Origin: Felis catus
Taxonomy: Eukaryota
Direction of reading: 5' to 3'
Assembly: GCF_018350175.1 (NCBI RefSeq)
Contig: NC_058368.1
Coordinates: forward strand, 6,696,001 to 6,760,000
Length of the DNA stretch: 64,000 nt
The number at the start of each line of letters is the position of its first letter. The stretch's first letter is position 1. Shown one piece after another: positions 37,227 to 49,934 of this stretch. Under the pieces are notes generated by a model. It was not told the DNA's origin, made no database searches, and worked only from the letters and a program-made list of their open reading frames with translations. Made by a program: the position numbers and the translations under genes.

Positions 37227-37243
37227 TGACCAGTAGATGTCAG
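37227..37243 (+). promoter_or_regulatory. Candidate CTCF site (forward)
   Basis: TGACCAGTAGATGTCAG, one departure from the core consensus. Confidence 0.4.
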
Positions 37244-37578
37244 GCTAAGCCAATCTATTCTCTGAGGCAAAGCCACCGGGCTGATTACTTCTCGAAGCCC
37301 AGACTTGCACAGCGATTCAGAGAAGGGGTGACCCCCCTCCCCCTCCCCCATTGTGGAATGAGGCAAATCTGTCATTACTCCAACATTCTAATGAGCAAAC
37401 GGCCCTGTAGGAATCGCACCTCCTTTTCTCAGCTTTCTACTTTTCTTCTCTTATCCCCAGCTGGATACTGGATATGGGGACAAACAGATACTGGAAACTG
37501 GGAAGGCTACAGCTAAGTTAGAATAACAGTAATCGCTTGAGAGGTGGTGCTTTTGAGACTTAAAAAAAAAAAAAGGTT

Positions 37579-37718
37579 GGGGCACCTGGGTGCCTCTGTC
37601 TGTTAAGCATCCTACTCGGGATTTCAACTCAGGTCAGGATCTCACAGTTCGTGAGTTCAAGCCTCAAACTGGGCCCTGCCCTGACAGCACGGAGCCTGCT
37701 TGGGATTCTCTCTCTCTT

Positions 37719-37752
<34 letters not shown>

Positions 37753-37830
37753 CCTCTCTGTCTCTGCCCCTCCCCTGCTCGTGCTCACTTTCTCTCTCTT
37801 TCAAAATAAACTTTAAAAGAAAAAAAAAAA
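37579..37830 (+). mobile_element. Can-SINE (older type)
   Basis: SINE head, long CT/CTGTCT segment, A tail. Confidence 0.92.
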
Positions 37831-38432
37831 AGCTAAGAAAAGTAAACCGTGGGACACTATCTTTGCAGCGAGAAAGTCCCAAACTGCTAAGATATTACCT
37901 TCACTGTATCATCGGAAAACATTTACTTGAGATCCCTCTGTGTCCTAGGGACTGTCCTCTGTGCTGGAGAATATGAAGTATAAAGGCCACCGGAGGCATG
38001 TTTCTGCCTTCTGGCTATGAGTTCCTCACTCATGATTTCCCTGAGTGTCTGGATCACGGACATTCACGATTGGGTGGCTCCCTTGCACCCGGGACTGTGC
38101 TCGACAAATGGGTATTGCTCCTGCATATGTGAGAACAGCTGGCAAGTGGGGGGTACGGCCCCGAATCCAGGATTACAAGATTCACTGCCGAAGTGTGCAG
38201 TTCGGGCCCCCAAAGCTTTCCCCGTGCGCTAGACCCAGGCTCCCGTGACGTCTATACCGCTTCCCGAGCGCATCCTCGCTCCTGGCTCTGTGATGACTCG
38301 GGCGTGCATTCCCTCTCTCAGGTTCCACAACAGTCCAGGGAGGCCGTTATTAGAATTCTCCCCATTTACAGAGTTAAAAAGTGAGGCTTGAAGAGCTTCA
38401 ATCTGTCCAGTTACAAAACCATCGCATCTGTC

Positions 38433-38570
38433 CTTTTTTTTTTTTTTTTAAGGAGGCTCCACACCACGCAGGGTGTGAACTCACCGGGCTTGAACTCACG
38501 ACCCTGAAATCAAGACGTGAGTTGAGATCAAGAATCAGATGCTTAACTAATTGAGCCCCCCAGGCACCCC
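38433..38570 (-). mobile_element. Short Can-SINE lacking the CT segment, next to a MIR relic
   Basis: Reverse head TGAGCCCCCCAGGCACCCC and T tract. MIR core CCCATTTACAGAG..GTGAGGCTT lies just upstream. Confidence 0.85.
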
Positions 38571-39319
38571 TGATTTTGTCTTATAAATAAGACCACGGCA
38601 GCAGATTCTGTCGAGTGCCTCATGTTGCGTAAGTCATGGGGTCAGCGGTGACCGATGGCGTCAGCCCCTCCCCTGAAACCACCCGCTCTGCGTTTTGGGG
38701 AAACATCCCCGGATTGTGCACTGCTTACAATCTCGAGGATTCCCAGAGATGATCAACCGAAAAGAACACTCTTCAACCAAAGCTCTGATAACAAGCCAAC
38801 GGTCAGACCTTAGGTGTCACCTAAGATCTCAGCTCAAGGCTGAAGTATTTGTAATGAAGCCCCTTTGAAACATGGGCGTCCTCTCGTATTTTCCTCCCCA
38901 TCTCATGTAACTGTGCTTAGCTCTTTCTTGCTCTCAACCTTTGTTTTCCCTTCCTTCACCTCTTCTGAGCAAAGGTGCTCAGCGAACCCCGGGAGGTCGC
39001 CGGCAGTGACACAGAGCTCACCCTCTGCTTTCTGAGAACTGATGATGCCCGGGACGTGAAAACGGACCCACGGGGCCAGTGGCTTTGCACAGTGGCTCAT
39101 TCGATGCCCGTGGACACCACAGCCCTGGAGGACGGCGTGGGCACGTTCTTAGACGGCCTCTCCTGCGTGCCCCACCTGCTCCTTGAATCAGCCTGCAGTT
39201 ATAAGACGAGGCCACTGAGACCTCTGAGCATCAAGTTCACATTTCATTATGAGTCACAAGGAATGCTTAGAGGCAAGGAATGGGCTGTCTTCCTGTGTGG
39301 TGAATCGAAAGACGTCGCA

Positions 39320-39480
39320 AGGTGTTGCAGTTAAGAGCGGGACTCCAGATCCGGAACGTCTGCGACGCCTTCTCGGGTCTGCCCCTTGAAGCTGTGTGAC
39401 CTTGCACAGATCGCCCAACCTCTCTGCGTGCCTCAGCTTTCTCGACTTGAATTTTCAACCAACACCATACCTTATTCACG
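39320..39480 (+). mobile_element. MIR relic
   Basis: GCTGTGTGACCTTGCACAG..AACCTCTCTGCGTGCCTCAGCTTTCTC. Confidence 0.7.
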
Positions 39481-40574
39481 TAACGCCGATACAAACCTGT
39501 TGACTCCTGCTTTGAGCTCAGGAACCGTGGCTCCCGGAGAGCGACGGCTGATGGAAATACACATTTCACAGCACAGACTGAATATTGCATCTTGAGCTGA
39601 ACCCACTTCACTAACTCAGAGAAGGCCCCCTTTCCTTCACCTCCAAGGAGAGGAGCCGTCTTTTGTCCTCTTGGGACCCTGTCACTTCTTGGATCCGGGC
39701 TGCCTATCCGCCATCAAGGTCACTGGCCTTGTTGGCCCCATTTCTAACAATCTCCGTATTCTGGCTGCTCTTAATTTCTTCCAGTAAACGCCCTGGCCCT
39801 TGTTGTAGCTTCAATTTAGTTCAAGTCAATAAACATGTATTTAGCACCTACTAGCCCAAAGCACTAAGAGTGATGCAGAGGTTCCTGTCCTCGCTCTCAG
39901 GTGACGTGCACACCTGGCACGTCGAGTGACCATGTAAACGGACCAAGCTCTGGCTGGAACCCAAAGTTCTGTGGGTGAAAAGGTGCGGGGGAGGAATTCG
40001 AGGTGGCCTCACGGAGGAGGGGACCCTTGAGCCAAGCTGTAAGTGGTGACAGTCCCTCGAGGAGAGGCTGTTGGGGAAGGTCGTCAAGAAGCCATGACTG
40101 CCTGCTGACCCGTGAGCTGGACCCAGGCCATCACAGGCTCCTCACTCCGTCCCCTGTCCTTGGAATGTGGTTCCGGCTGCGTTTCCTGCTCCCAGAGGTG
40201 CCCCAAAGACGTGGCCTTGAGATAGTGATGTGACGCCAAGAACACTGACGCGGCATGCATGACTGAACCCAGAGAGGGCCTCTCTCTGGGTAAACTTTTA
40301 ACATCGGCCGTGGAGTTGCTGCTGTTCGAGACAAGCATCATACGTGAATTCCCTTTGTTCATGACAACTGTCACCTACCAATCTGGAATGGCCTGCCTCT
40401 TTCCACGACCTCCCCCTGCCTTCCGAGTACAGGGCCAGCTCCAGATTTGAGCCCGAGAGCTCCCCAAGGGGGTGGCGGACCAACCGAGGTGCAGGCTCCA
40501 AGCTTTGAAAGTGCAAGGTGTCCATTCATTCGTTCGTTCGTGCAACAATCATTCATGAAGTGCTTACCCCGTCC

Positions 40575-40770
40575 GGGTGTTGGGCTTGAATCCCCGCTCC
40601 GCCACCGACTAAACAACGACCCGAGATGGTCCGCTCAACCTCTCGGTGCCCCAGTCTCCTCAAGTATAAAATGACACAGCACAATAACACCCATGTCGTC
40701 GACTGAGTGCCCTTGGAACGGCACCTGCTGTGGTAAGTGCTCGGTAACGGCTTAGTAACACTGTTGTCAT
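40575..40770 (+). mobile_element. MIR relic
   Basis: AACCTCTCGGTGCCCCAGTCTCCTCAAGTATAAAATG...GTAAGTGCTC. Confidence 0.6.
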
Positions 40771-41849
40771 CGATACGTGTTGGCAGTTGCCTTAGATACG
40801 CCCTCTCCCATCGAGAGGCTCACGAATATTGCTAGAGCAGCAGAGACACCAACAAGCAGTTACACTCCGCGTGCTCTCCCGGGAGAGACACCCAGTGACT
40901 CCTTTTGGCGTGACCCCCGCCAAAGGCTCGCAAATGAAAACGTCTTCGCGGGTTCCTGGCTTTCTCATAAAGGACATGAATGACATCTACCGGGCATTTC
41001 GGAGGCAGCCGGGGGGGGGGCCTGCCCGCTGACCCCCCCCCCACAGGGATTCAAATCACCCCCTTCGTTTGCTCACTCGTCCTCCGAACACAATAGACGC
41101 CGCAGGTCCACATCCGGACGCGGGGGCCTCCACATTTATTTCTTTTTGAAGGACCGAGGGCAGAGGGTGAGAGAGGCAGATGGGAAGGGCAGTTATAATA
41201 GAGAATGGCCGAAATGGAAGCGAGGGCGCGTTAGGACAAGTTGCAGTGGCAGCTGACTCCTCGTGTGATGCCCCGCATGGGAGCGTGTGGCTGCCATTCA
41301 CGCATTCGTCCTCCCGTTGAATGTTGGGCCCCACCCTGGACCCTCTTCTCTTGTCTTCTGCCCGCCTCCCTCCCACCCCATCCATTGTCGTTGTCACTGC
41401 ATTTATCATTAAGTCCAGATCCATCTATGAAGCTCCACGGGAATATTAGGGTCACCCCCAAGGCCACATGTCCCAGATGGCATGGCTTTGCCATGGGAGC
41501 CTGGGGCTCCTTCTCCGCCGTTCCCAGCTACCCAAGCTGGAGACCCGGGCCTCCTCCCCGCCTCGGCTACCCCTGCCTTCCTCAGTGGCCGGTCAACGTC
41601 AGCCCCTCCTTCCTGCACCCCCACCCTCGCTGAGCGCTCCCCTCTTTACCCCCCACCCCCCACCCCCAACACCCACGTTTGGCCTCCTTCACCTTCTCTA
41701 CAGGATCTTGGGCAACCACACATTCTCCCACGCTTCCCTGCCCATATTTTCCCTTCATTCCAATTGGATTTATCTTCTTTTTGTCCTGTTGCAAACACCT
41801 GTCAGTCACTCTGGGGACTGGGTACGTCCCCTTGTGCCATCACTAAGGT

Positions 41850-42015
41850 CCTCGATCTTCCCAGAGAGCCTGGGAGGTGGTAGGGTGGGTGGTGTTAGCA
41901 CCCTGTCACAGACGAGGAAACTGAGGCTGGCAGGTGGAGTAGGCCACCTACCAATGGCTCAGTAACCGAGCAGAGCAGGAAACCCGGCTGCCTGCTTGTC
42001 ACTTGGGCGCAGCAC
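41850..42015 (-). mobile_element. MIR relic
   Basis: ACAGACGAGGAAACTGAGGCT core. Confidence 0.7.
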
Positions 42016-42484
42016 TCGGCACCCCGTCCCACCCCCGTGTCCCAGCCCCCTCTGGGGAAACGGTGCCCCTGCTCTCCACTTTATTATCTGTTGAGTTAAG
42101 AACAAGAGGAAGCCACCTCCTTTTCTCATAGCATAAGTGGGGCTCGGGTAGACAAAGCGGAAATATGTAACTAGAATAAAATAACCAAGCGCCCCCACCC
42201 CAGGTCTTTCACACTGTGGGGTTTATGGGAATAATCGCTCTCCCCAAACTTGAACCTTGTTGCCGGTCCCGTTTGAACATTTCTCTGGGCTCATTCCCCC
42301 CCGTGTGACAGAGAAAAGAAACCAGGGTCTGTGGTTGAAACAAGGCCCGAGCAATAACCCAGTTACGTGAAGCAGATTAGCTGGGCTCTCCACCTCTGCC
42401 CCCTCCAGCGAGGGGGTCTGCCCCGGTCCCTCTCCTGCCCTGGACTCGGGCCAGCTGACAGGGACCAGCGCCCCAACGCCTGGG

Positions 42485-43009
42485 ACTCCTCTCCCGCGGT
42501 CCGTGGAGCCCAGAGGCCTGGGGACAGATTCGGGATGTCTGGGAGCTTGGGTGCAGGAAAAAACTGTGCCTTTGTATCGACTTATCTCTAACCACAACTT
42601 CACGGGTCCTTACGTGATGAGGGGAACCAGTGCCAGGCACGCAACGGCAGCAGGAACAGACGTGGCCGTGTCGCTGTCGCCAGTAGAAGTCAGTCATTTA
42701 CGCGTCGCATTATAAATGTCGCAGGTGGCTCAAAACATCATTCGCATGCAGCATCTTCCCTCAAAACTAGGATCGCTTGTAGGCCCGCTGCCAAAGTGTG
42801 CCATTTAATACGCCGATAAAGAAGCACACGTATGTGCCGTGTCATAGATTTGTTTTAAAAACATCTTTACAACTACAGCTTAATAGAATTAGCTTGCTTT
42901 GTCATCCCGTGCATTGCGTCTTCTGCATGCAAATTCGTCATCGCGGAAGGGGCCCGTGGGCATCACCGGGCTGTCAAACAGGCCTGCGGCACAAGAGTTG
43001 AGACCCCTG
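42485..43009 (+). mobile_element. hAT-Charlie non-autonomous DNA transposon relic (Charlie4a-like)
   Basis: Colinear with the recalled consensus (ATAAAGAAGCACA, GAAGGGGCCCGTGGGCATCACC) and ends GTTGAGACCCCTG. Confidence 0.7.
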
Positions 43010-43188
43010 CTTGGAGCCCCTCCAACCTGGCATCCCGCTGGGAACCCTTCTCTGTGCCTGACTCTATCCTGCCTTGATTTGTTGTCTCTTAAAGTGTCAT
43101 CGTGGGCAGAATGAGGTGAACTTTCAAAAGTGGGGGGGTCCCCCTTCTGGCTGCATAACATGGCCGGGGATCTCTGGGGGAGAGCCCC

Positions 43189-43392
43189 CTTTTTAAAGTT
43201 TATTTATTTTGAGAGAGACAGAGACGGCGTGAGTGGGAGAGGGGCAGAGAGACAGAGAAAGAGAATCCCAAACAGGCTCCGTGCTGCCAGCACCGAGCCC
43301 GATATGGGGCTCGAACCCACGAAACCACAAGATGATGACCCAAGGCAAAACCAAGAGTCAGACACTACACAGGCTGAGCCACCAAGGTGCCC
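43189..43392 (-). mobile_element. Can-SINE (older type)
   Basis: Reverse SINE body ending GAGCCACCAAGGTGCCC. Confidence 0.92.
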
Positions 43393-44749
43393 TGGGGGAC
43401 AGCCCCCTTTTTTGATTCTGCAAGAGGTGACTTTGGTGGTGACAGGGCTCAGCATGTCGAAGTCGAGTCCTGGGGAGACTGGGCCACCTCCTGGAACCTC
43501 AGGGGTCCTCGGTGAGGTCTGGGGTCGCAAAAGACGGCTGGAAAAAGTCTCTGGAATCAGCAAAACTTCAGATAACTTTGAAGGCCTGTCCCCGTGACTT
43601 GTACCAGCCCCAAGTGTTGCCTTAAGCCTGTGGGATGCTGCGTGCCGTCCCACTGAGGGAAGAAATTCCCACCCCTAGCCCATTCGCGGGGTTGAGGAGT
43701 TAGGACAAACAGGTGCATGTTCCAACAGGCATGTGTCCCTGTCCCCTCCCCTCTCCAAACAAGCACACGCCCTGCCATCTGGGAGCCCTGGCCAGCAGGC
43801 AAAGACCCTGGGTGCAGAGCCTCATCTTGTGGGCTGGCCTGCGTCCCTCGGAAAGGAGTGCTCGACATGTGCCTCAGTGGCCACTGCCTGGGTGTGCATC
43901 CCAAGATGCTACAGCTAGCTGGTTCCCAGGGACCAATGGCTCCACCAAGGTGGGCCTTCCCAATGGACTCAAACCCCGTTCCTAAAACTCATCTAGCTTC
44001 TCCTAGAGATTCTAGAGGATTCCCAATACACTTGGGTATCATTTGTTAGTTTTAACACACGGTCAAGGGTGTAGAGGAGGGCATGGCACTCCATCGCTTC
44101 TCCATAATGTCACCAATACTCAGAGCCCGCCCACGAAGCAAGCGACCTAAACCCCTCAAGCACGTTGCGTCAGTTAGCAACGCAGATTGCATTCCGGGCT
44201 GTGTCGGGACTTAAGACCGCAAGGATCGGAACACCAGGGAAATGTACCAGGTGAGAAAGGACTACAGAGCAGCCCTTGGTGGGTCCTTCCAGCTTTGTTC
44301 AGGTCGAAGTGACTGCACCTGTCAGCCGCCATGCCGATTCATCGAGGGGGGGGGGGAGCTATTTCGAGACCTCCTGTCAGCTCGGGAAGCTTCACCTTTG
44401 CTAATTGTGAGGTTTGGATGTGGGGACAGTTTCTGACCGGGTGATATTTCCTTCCGTCTTCAGATGGATTGAATTAGACAGCCGAAGGCTGGAGCTAAGG
44501 TTCCTGGCAAATCGCCCCGTCTCTGGCGTGTTCCCAGGGCAACAGGCCCGGGGGACGTGACGCTGGCGGGAGAGCGGGCCCCACCCGCCTGTCGGGGCGG
44601 GTGTCCGGGAGACTGACTCACCTTCCGCCCCTGAGTGAGGCAGGTGCACCTCCAGGAGGGCTTTGGAGGCAAGACAGGATGCCCGCGGTGGTCTTCAGAC
44701 ACAGAAAATGTGACTCTTCCAAAGGAGCGGCTTCGAGACTCTGGGAAAT

Positions 44750-45640
44750 CCTGTTCAGTAAGGCAGCACATACATGTGCTGAGTGCCTACTGTGTGCGAG
44801 ACACCGTACAAAGCCCAGTATCATCCGGGTGATCCGAGGCGGGTTCCGCTCTAGGGACGAAGCAGCAAAGCAGACGTGGTCCTCGCTCTGGGGGATCCTA
44901 CATCCTCACGGAGGAGACAGAGGAGAAGTAAAGTAACAATCACGAAACAAGGTCATCTGAACCATGGCAAACGCCATAGAGGAGGTAAACCAAGAGGGGC
45001 GGCTCGGTCGGTTAAGCGTCCAACTTCAGCTCAGGTCACGATCTCGCGGTCCGTGAGTTCGAGCCCCGCGTCAGGCTCTGTGCTGACAGCTCGGAGCCTG
45101 GAACCTGCTTCGGATTCTGTGCCTCCTTCTCGCTCTCTCTGCCCCTCCCCCATTCTGTCCCTCTCTCTCTCTCTCTCTCTCTGTCTCAAAAATAAACACT
45201 TTAAAAAATCTTAAAAAAAAAAAAAGAAAGAAAGAAAGAAACCAAGAAACAGGATCAGCCTTGCCTGGTTGTGGAGGAGGGCTCCGAGTGCTGTGACACT
45301 CAATAGAGAGGCCTCTCTGAGTAGACAGTGTAGGCCGGTTCTGAATGACGAGAAAGGACCGATCCTGGGAAGACTGGGGGAAAGTCTCGGGCTGTGGGGT
45401 CAGCAAGTGCAAAGGCCCGGCGGTGGGAGGACGGAGCGGCGGCTACCAGTGCAGCTGCAAGGCAGAGAGCAAGCCAGACGAGCTCCAATACAAGCAGAGC
45501 CCAAGGCCAGGGAGACCCCGACAGGGGGCTCGCCTCGTATTCTTGATGTGATGGGAAACCACAGGAGGGTTCAAGCAACGAACTGACACCATCTGACTAG
45601 CTTTTTTGAAAAAATCCGTCCGGCTGCGGTACAGAGGCTC
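44750..45640 (-). mobile_element. L2 relic interrupted by a SINE
   Basis: TGAGTGCCTACTGTGTGC, CAGCAAGTGCAAAGGCCC and GATGGGAAACCACAGGAGGGTT are reverse L2 motifs. Confidence 0.75.
44996..45238 (+). mobile_element. Can-SINE
   Basis: TSD AAACCAAGA; short deletion in the head. Confidence 0.94.
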
Positions 45641-47939
45641 CAGGCATGGCCATGCTGTTGAGACTTGGCTGGGCTCCAGCCACCGCTCTTCAGTCATCGG
45701 ACTGGTCGAGGTCACCGAACGGGTCCCTTGCGCCTCTGCTGTAGGGTCTTCACGTGTGAACTGCGGGGGTGAATCTGGCTGGGTCACAAGGGAGAGTTGA
45801 TCTTATAAACTGGGGAACCCGGCCGGAAGAGCCTGGTGATTAATGCGGACCCCGTCACCTCTGCCCCTGTGGCTCGCCCAGAGTCGGGTAGACAGTGGGC
45901 GGGACGCTGGGGGGCAATGCTTCCCTCGGGCCCCTGTGTCCTCGATGGGGGTGACAAGAACCGCGGGCCCACCGGCACTGTTTACCCTAAGGGGCTCCCC
46001 TTCCTGGCCGATCTCATCAACCCCTTTACCAGTGGCCTTCACGCCCTTGCCCGCTGTCCCCTCCCCCCGGAACCCCAGCCCTAGGCCCGGCTGCCTCCTA
46101 GGCTGCTCGCAGGTGGCTGAGCTGTGCTGGAGGAAGCCCACAGACTCCGAAGGTCACAGTAAATCCACGGCTGCAGGCTCACCTGGCCCTCAGCCCTGCC
46201 CCTCCCCCCAGCCATCGTCGGTTTCTCAGAGCAGAGCAGGCGTCCTCCAGCAGAGGACGTGTGTCCTCCGACCACACAGACTGTCCTTCAGGTGTGGAAA
46301 AGCTCTCCAAGGCCAGAGCTGGCCCATGTGGCCCTCACGTGGGGCTCCCTCAGCCACGGCTGGCACGACGGGTGGTCCCGCCACTCAGGGAGCAAACAAC
46401 TCAAATCGAGACTTACGTGTTCCCAAGTAGAATCTGAGGGCTCGGGGAAAGCACTTGGAGAGGTTGTTTGTCCTTCCGCGGGGACATTCTGTCTTCAGCA
46501 GACAGGGGCTCTTCCCCCCAACCTTGGGGTGTGGGGGTGGGGCCGGGGTAGGGGGTGGGGGGGTGGGGGGTTGGGGCAGGGCAGGGAACAGGAAGGTGGG
46601 AAATCAAAATTCACCTAGGAGCTTTCCAGCCAAAACTGCCTTCAGGCCACTGATTGTCAATATGAAATATTGTGAATACTACCTCTTTCAGAAATCTACA
46701 TCCGAGAAAGGTCCGGGCCAGCACTTGCGATATCAATAACCCAGAAGGGGAGCCTCCTCTAGATGCTGAAGGGGCAAGGCTGACCTGAATGTTCTGAGTA
46801 TGCCAGGAGCCTCTGTCCCAGAAGCTTCTTCCTCAAGACGAGCCCTTCCCTGGGCGCCCCTTACTTACCTCCGCCCCCTGGCCAACTCTCTCCCTGCGGG
46901 CCCGTCCAGTCGCCAACCTCAGGCCTCTGCCCGTGTCATTCCTCTCCCTTCTGTGTAGACCAGGGACGATATTTGCCCGCCAGACCACACACTGCACGTC
47001 CAACCACCTGGGCAGGGAGCGTGCAGAAAAGACAGACCTCAGTGCCAAGCCAGACCTGGGGTCCAATTCGGGTGTCTCCAGTGGCTAGCTTCGGACGTAT
47101 CACGAAACGCTTCCAAGCATCAGTTTCATCATCTCTGAAATGGGTATAACCACTTCAGCCGCAGATCCTTGGCTGAACGTAACAGAAATCCATTTAAACT
47201 GACTTGAGGGGAAAAAATAAAAAAGTATTGAGGGGATTCGTGGAGGTGAGGGACGATCGAGGAGGGTGCCAATAATGGGCCATCACAGCACCTGGCACAC
47301 GGTAAGTTTCAGTGACTATCAGCAGCGATTATTAATAATAGCTTGCACCCTATCCCAGTGTCTGTACCTGAAAAGCAAAGGTGATGAACAGAGATAGAGA
47401 TTTTCTCACATTCATGAACTTGGTACCTGTTCTGTTAGCATCCTGAATAGTTCTACTTATTCCGTAGAATTTTCCAGGCCCGGTGAGGGACTTCTATCTC
47501 ATTTGTGTCATTTTTTTCCAACCAGGTCTTAATTTCTTTCTTATACGCTCTGCAGCAGGGGCAGAAGACATCACGGCTGAGCTACAGAGAGAGGGGAGCT
47601 GGGTGGGGGGGAGGGAGGGTGTCCTCAAGCTCCACCCACTTCCTCCCCACCGGCCCCAGGAGACCAAGCCATGGGGTCGTGACGCTCCATCTACGTGAGG
47701 GGAGCCCAGAGGGCATGGTGACCTCCAGGACATGGCCCACGCCCCCCCCCACGTTTGCCATCCCTACGGGTTCCCGTAAGGGCTCGACAGACTTCCCAGA
47801 TGTCCCCCGCTCTCTCTGCTCTGCGGGTGGTTGTTCTCCAGGGTTCTCAGGCTAGCGTGCCACAAAGCCAGCCGCCTCAACTGCAAAATATTCAATCAAG
47901 CACGATATGATCAGGCTCAGTCACACAGACAGACCCACT

Positions 47940-48050
47940 GCGTGGTGTTTAGTCAGAACCTTGGAATCTGCAAGAGCCAACTTGAAATCCAGACTCCGTC
48001 CTTAACTGGTTGAGTCGTGTGGCTGAGGGCCAATTGTGCACAATCCCTTT
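47940..48050 (+). mobile_element. MIR 5' half
   Basis: CGTGGTG...CTTGAAATCCAGACTCCG...GTGTGGC; appears to continue at about 49935. Confidence 0.55.
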
Positions 48051-48686
48051 TTCCCCTCAATTTTTTTTATTATGGTAAAATACCTCTGACATAAAATTTA
48101 CCACTTGAATTCTTTTTAAGGGCACAGTTCAGTGGCCTTATACACCACCCAGACATCCCCACCGTCCATCTCCAACCACCCACCGTCCTACTCTCTGTCT
48201 CTGTGAATCTGACTACTCTCAGTCCCTTCTTTAAATGGGACACGATTGGCCCAATCTTTACACGGTTGGCCCTTCCGTGCCTGGTTGAGTTTACTTCGCC
48301 TGACGTCTTCAAGGTTTATCCCTGTTGCAGCCTGTGCTGGAATTTCCTTCTCCTTGAAGACTGAATAATATTCCAGGGTGTGGCCCGCCACATTGGCTTC
48401 TTGGACACTTGGGTAGCTGGCACCTTCTAACTATTGCGAATAACGCTGCTGTGAACATGAGTGTGCAAATGTCTTCCGAGATCCTGCCCGATCTTTTTGA
48501 TACATATCCAGAAGTGGAAATGCTGGATCTCATGGTAAGTCTCTATTTAATTGCGTGAGGAACTACCAAGTGATTTTCCACAGTGGCTGGAGTGCGTGCC
48601 CACCAACAGCGCACCGTGTTTCAACTTCTCCACATCTTCGTCTATATTTGCTACTTTCTCTTGTCGTTGTCACTGGTTTGTTTTTG

Positions 48687-48937
48687 TTTTTGTTTTTTAA
48701 GTCCCTTACATTCATTTTATTTATTTATTTTTTTAACGTTTATTTATTTTTGAGACAGAGAGAGACAGAGCTTGAATGGGGGAGGGGCAGAGACAGAGGG
48801 AGACACAGAATCAGAAGCAGGCTCCAGGCTCTGAGCTGTCAGCCCAGAGCCCGACGCGGGGCTCGAACTCACGGACCGCGAGATCGTGACCTGAGCTGAA
48901 GTCGGACGCTCAACCGACTGAGCCACCCAGGCGCCCC
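48687..48937 (-). mobile_element. Can-SINE (SINEC_Fc-like) with an extra 3' tag
   Basis: TSD GGTTTGTTTTTG at 48675-48686 and 48938-48949. Confidence 0.95.
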
Positions 48938-49705
48938 GGTTTGTTTTTGATAATAGCCACCCCTCCCAGGTATGAAGTGTTATCTCATTGTGGTTTTGAT
49001 CTGCATTTGCTTACTGATTTGTGGTTTTGATCGTGCATCTTTTCATGTGCACAACAGCCCTTTGAACACCCTCCTTGGAGAGACGCGTCCACACAAGTCC
49101 TTTGTCCGTTTATGACCCGGGTTGTTCGGGTTTTGTTGTTGTATTTTGGTTGCATATATGTTCTGGACACTAGTCCCTTATCAGCTATGATTTGCAAATA
49201 TTTTCTCCCATTTTATGGGTTGCCTTATGACTCCGTTGAGAGTGTCTTTCGATGCACACATTTTTTTTTTCATTTTCACAAAGTCCGATTTGTATGTTTC
49301 TTTACCTGTGGCTTTGGGGGTCGTGTCCAGGAACCCGTAACCAAATCCAGTGTCACAAAGCTTTTATCCTGTTTTCTTCTCAAGGTTTTATAGTTTTAGC
49401 TTTTATGTTTAGGTCCTTGATCCATTTTGAGTCAGTTTTCGTACATGGTGTTAGGTGAGGGCCCAGCTTCATTCTTCTGCAGGCGGCTGCGTTTGTTGAG
49501 AAGCTGGTCTTTTCTCCCACTGCGTGTCTCTTGGCTCCCTTGTCAAAAGTCATGTGACCAAAAATGCAAGCGTTTGTCTCTGGGCTCTCTATTCTATTGT
49601 ATTTGTCGATATATCTACCTTTGGACGGTACCATAGTGTTTTCTTTACTGGAGCTTTGTAGTCCTCCAATTTTGTTCTTTTTCAAGATTGCTTCGGCTAT
49701 ATAGT

Positions 49706-49910
49706 ATTTTTTTAATGTTTTTATTTATTTTAGAGACACAGAGGACAAGTAGGGGAGGGGCAGAGAGAGAGGGAGACACAGAATCGGAAGCAGGCTCCAG
49801 GCTCCGAGCCGTCAGCCCAGAGCCCGACGCGGGGCTCGAACTCACGGACCGCGAGATCATGACCTGAGCCGAAGTCGGACACTCAACCGACTGAGCCAGC
49901 CAGGCGCCCC
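49706..49910 (-). mobile_element. Can-SINE (SINEC_Fc-like)
   Basis: TSD GGCTAT(AT/CC)AGTATT. Confidence 0.95.
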
Positions 49911-49934
49911 TGGCTATCCAGTATTGAGAGTCCG

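Larger units (their letters stand above)
48058..49925 (-). mobile_element. L1MB-like 3' ~1.4 kb (ORF2 C-terminus and 3' UTR) with two SINE insertions
   Basis: Minus-strand remnant NRIESPE..IFGHMTFDKGAK...PHLTPCTKTDSKWIKDLNIK (49380-49685); 3' UTR motifs extend to about 48060. Confidence 0.9.
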
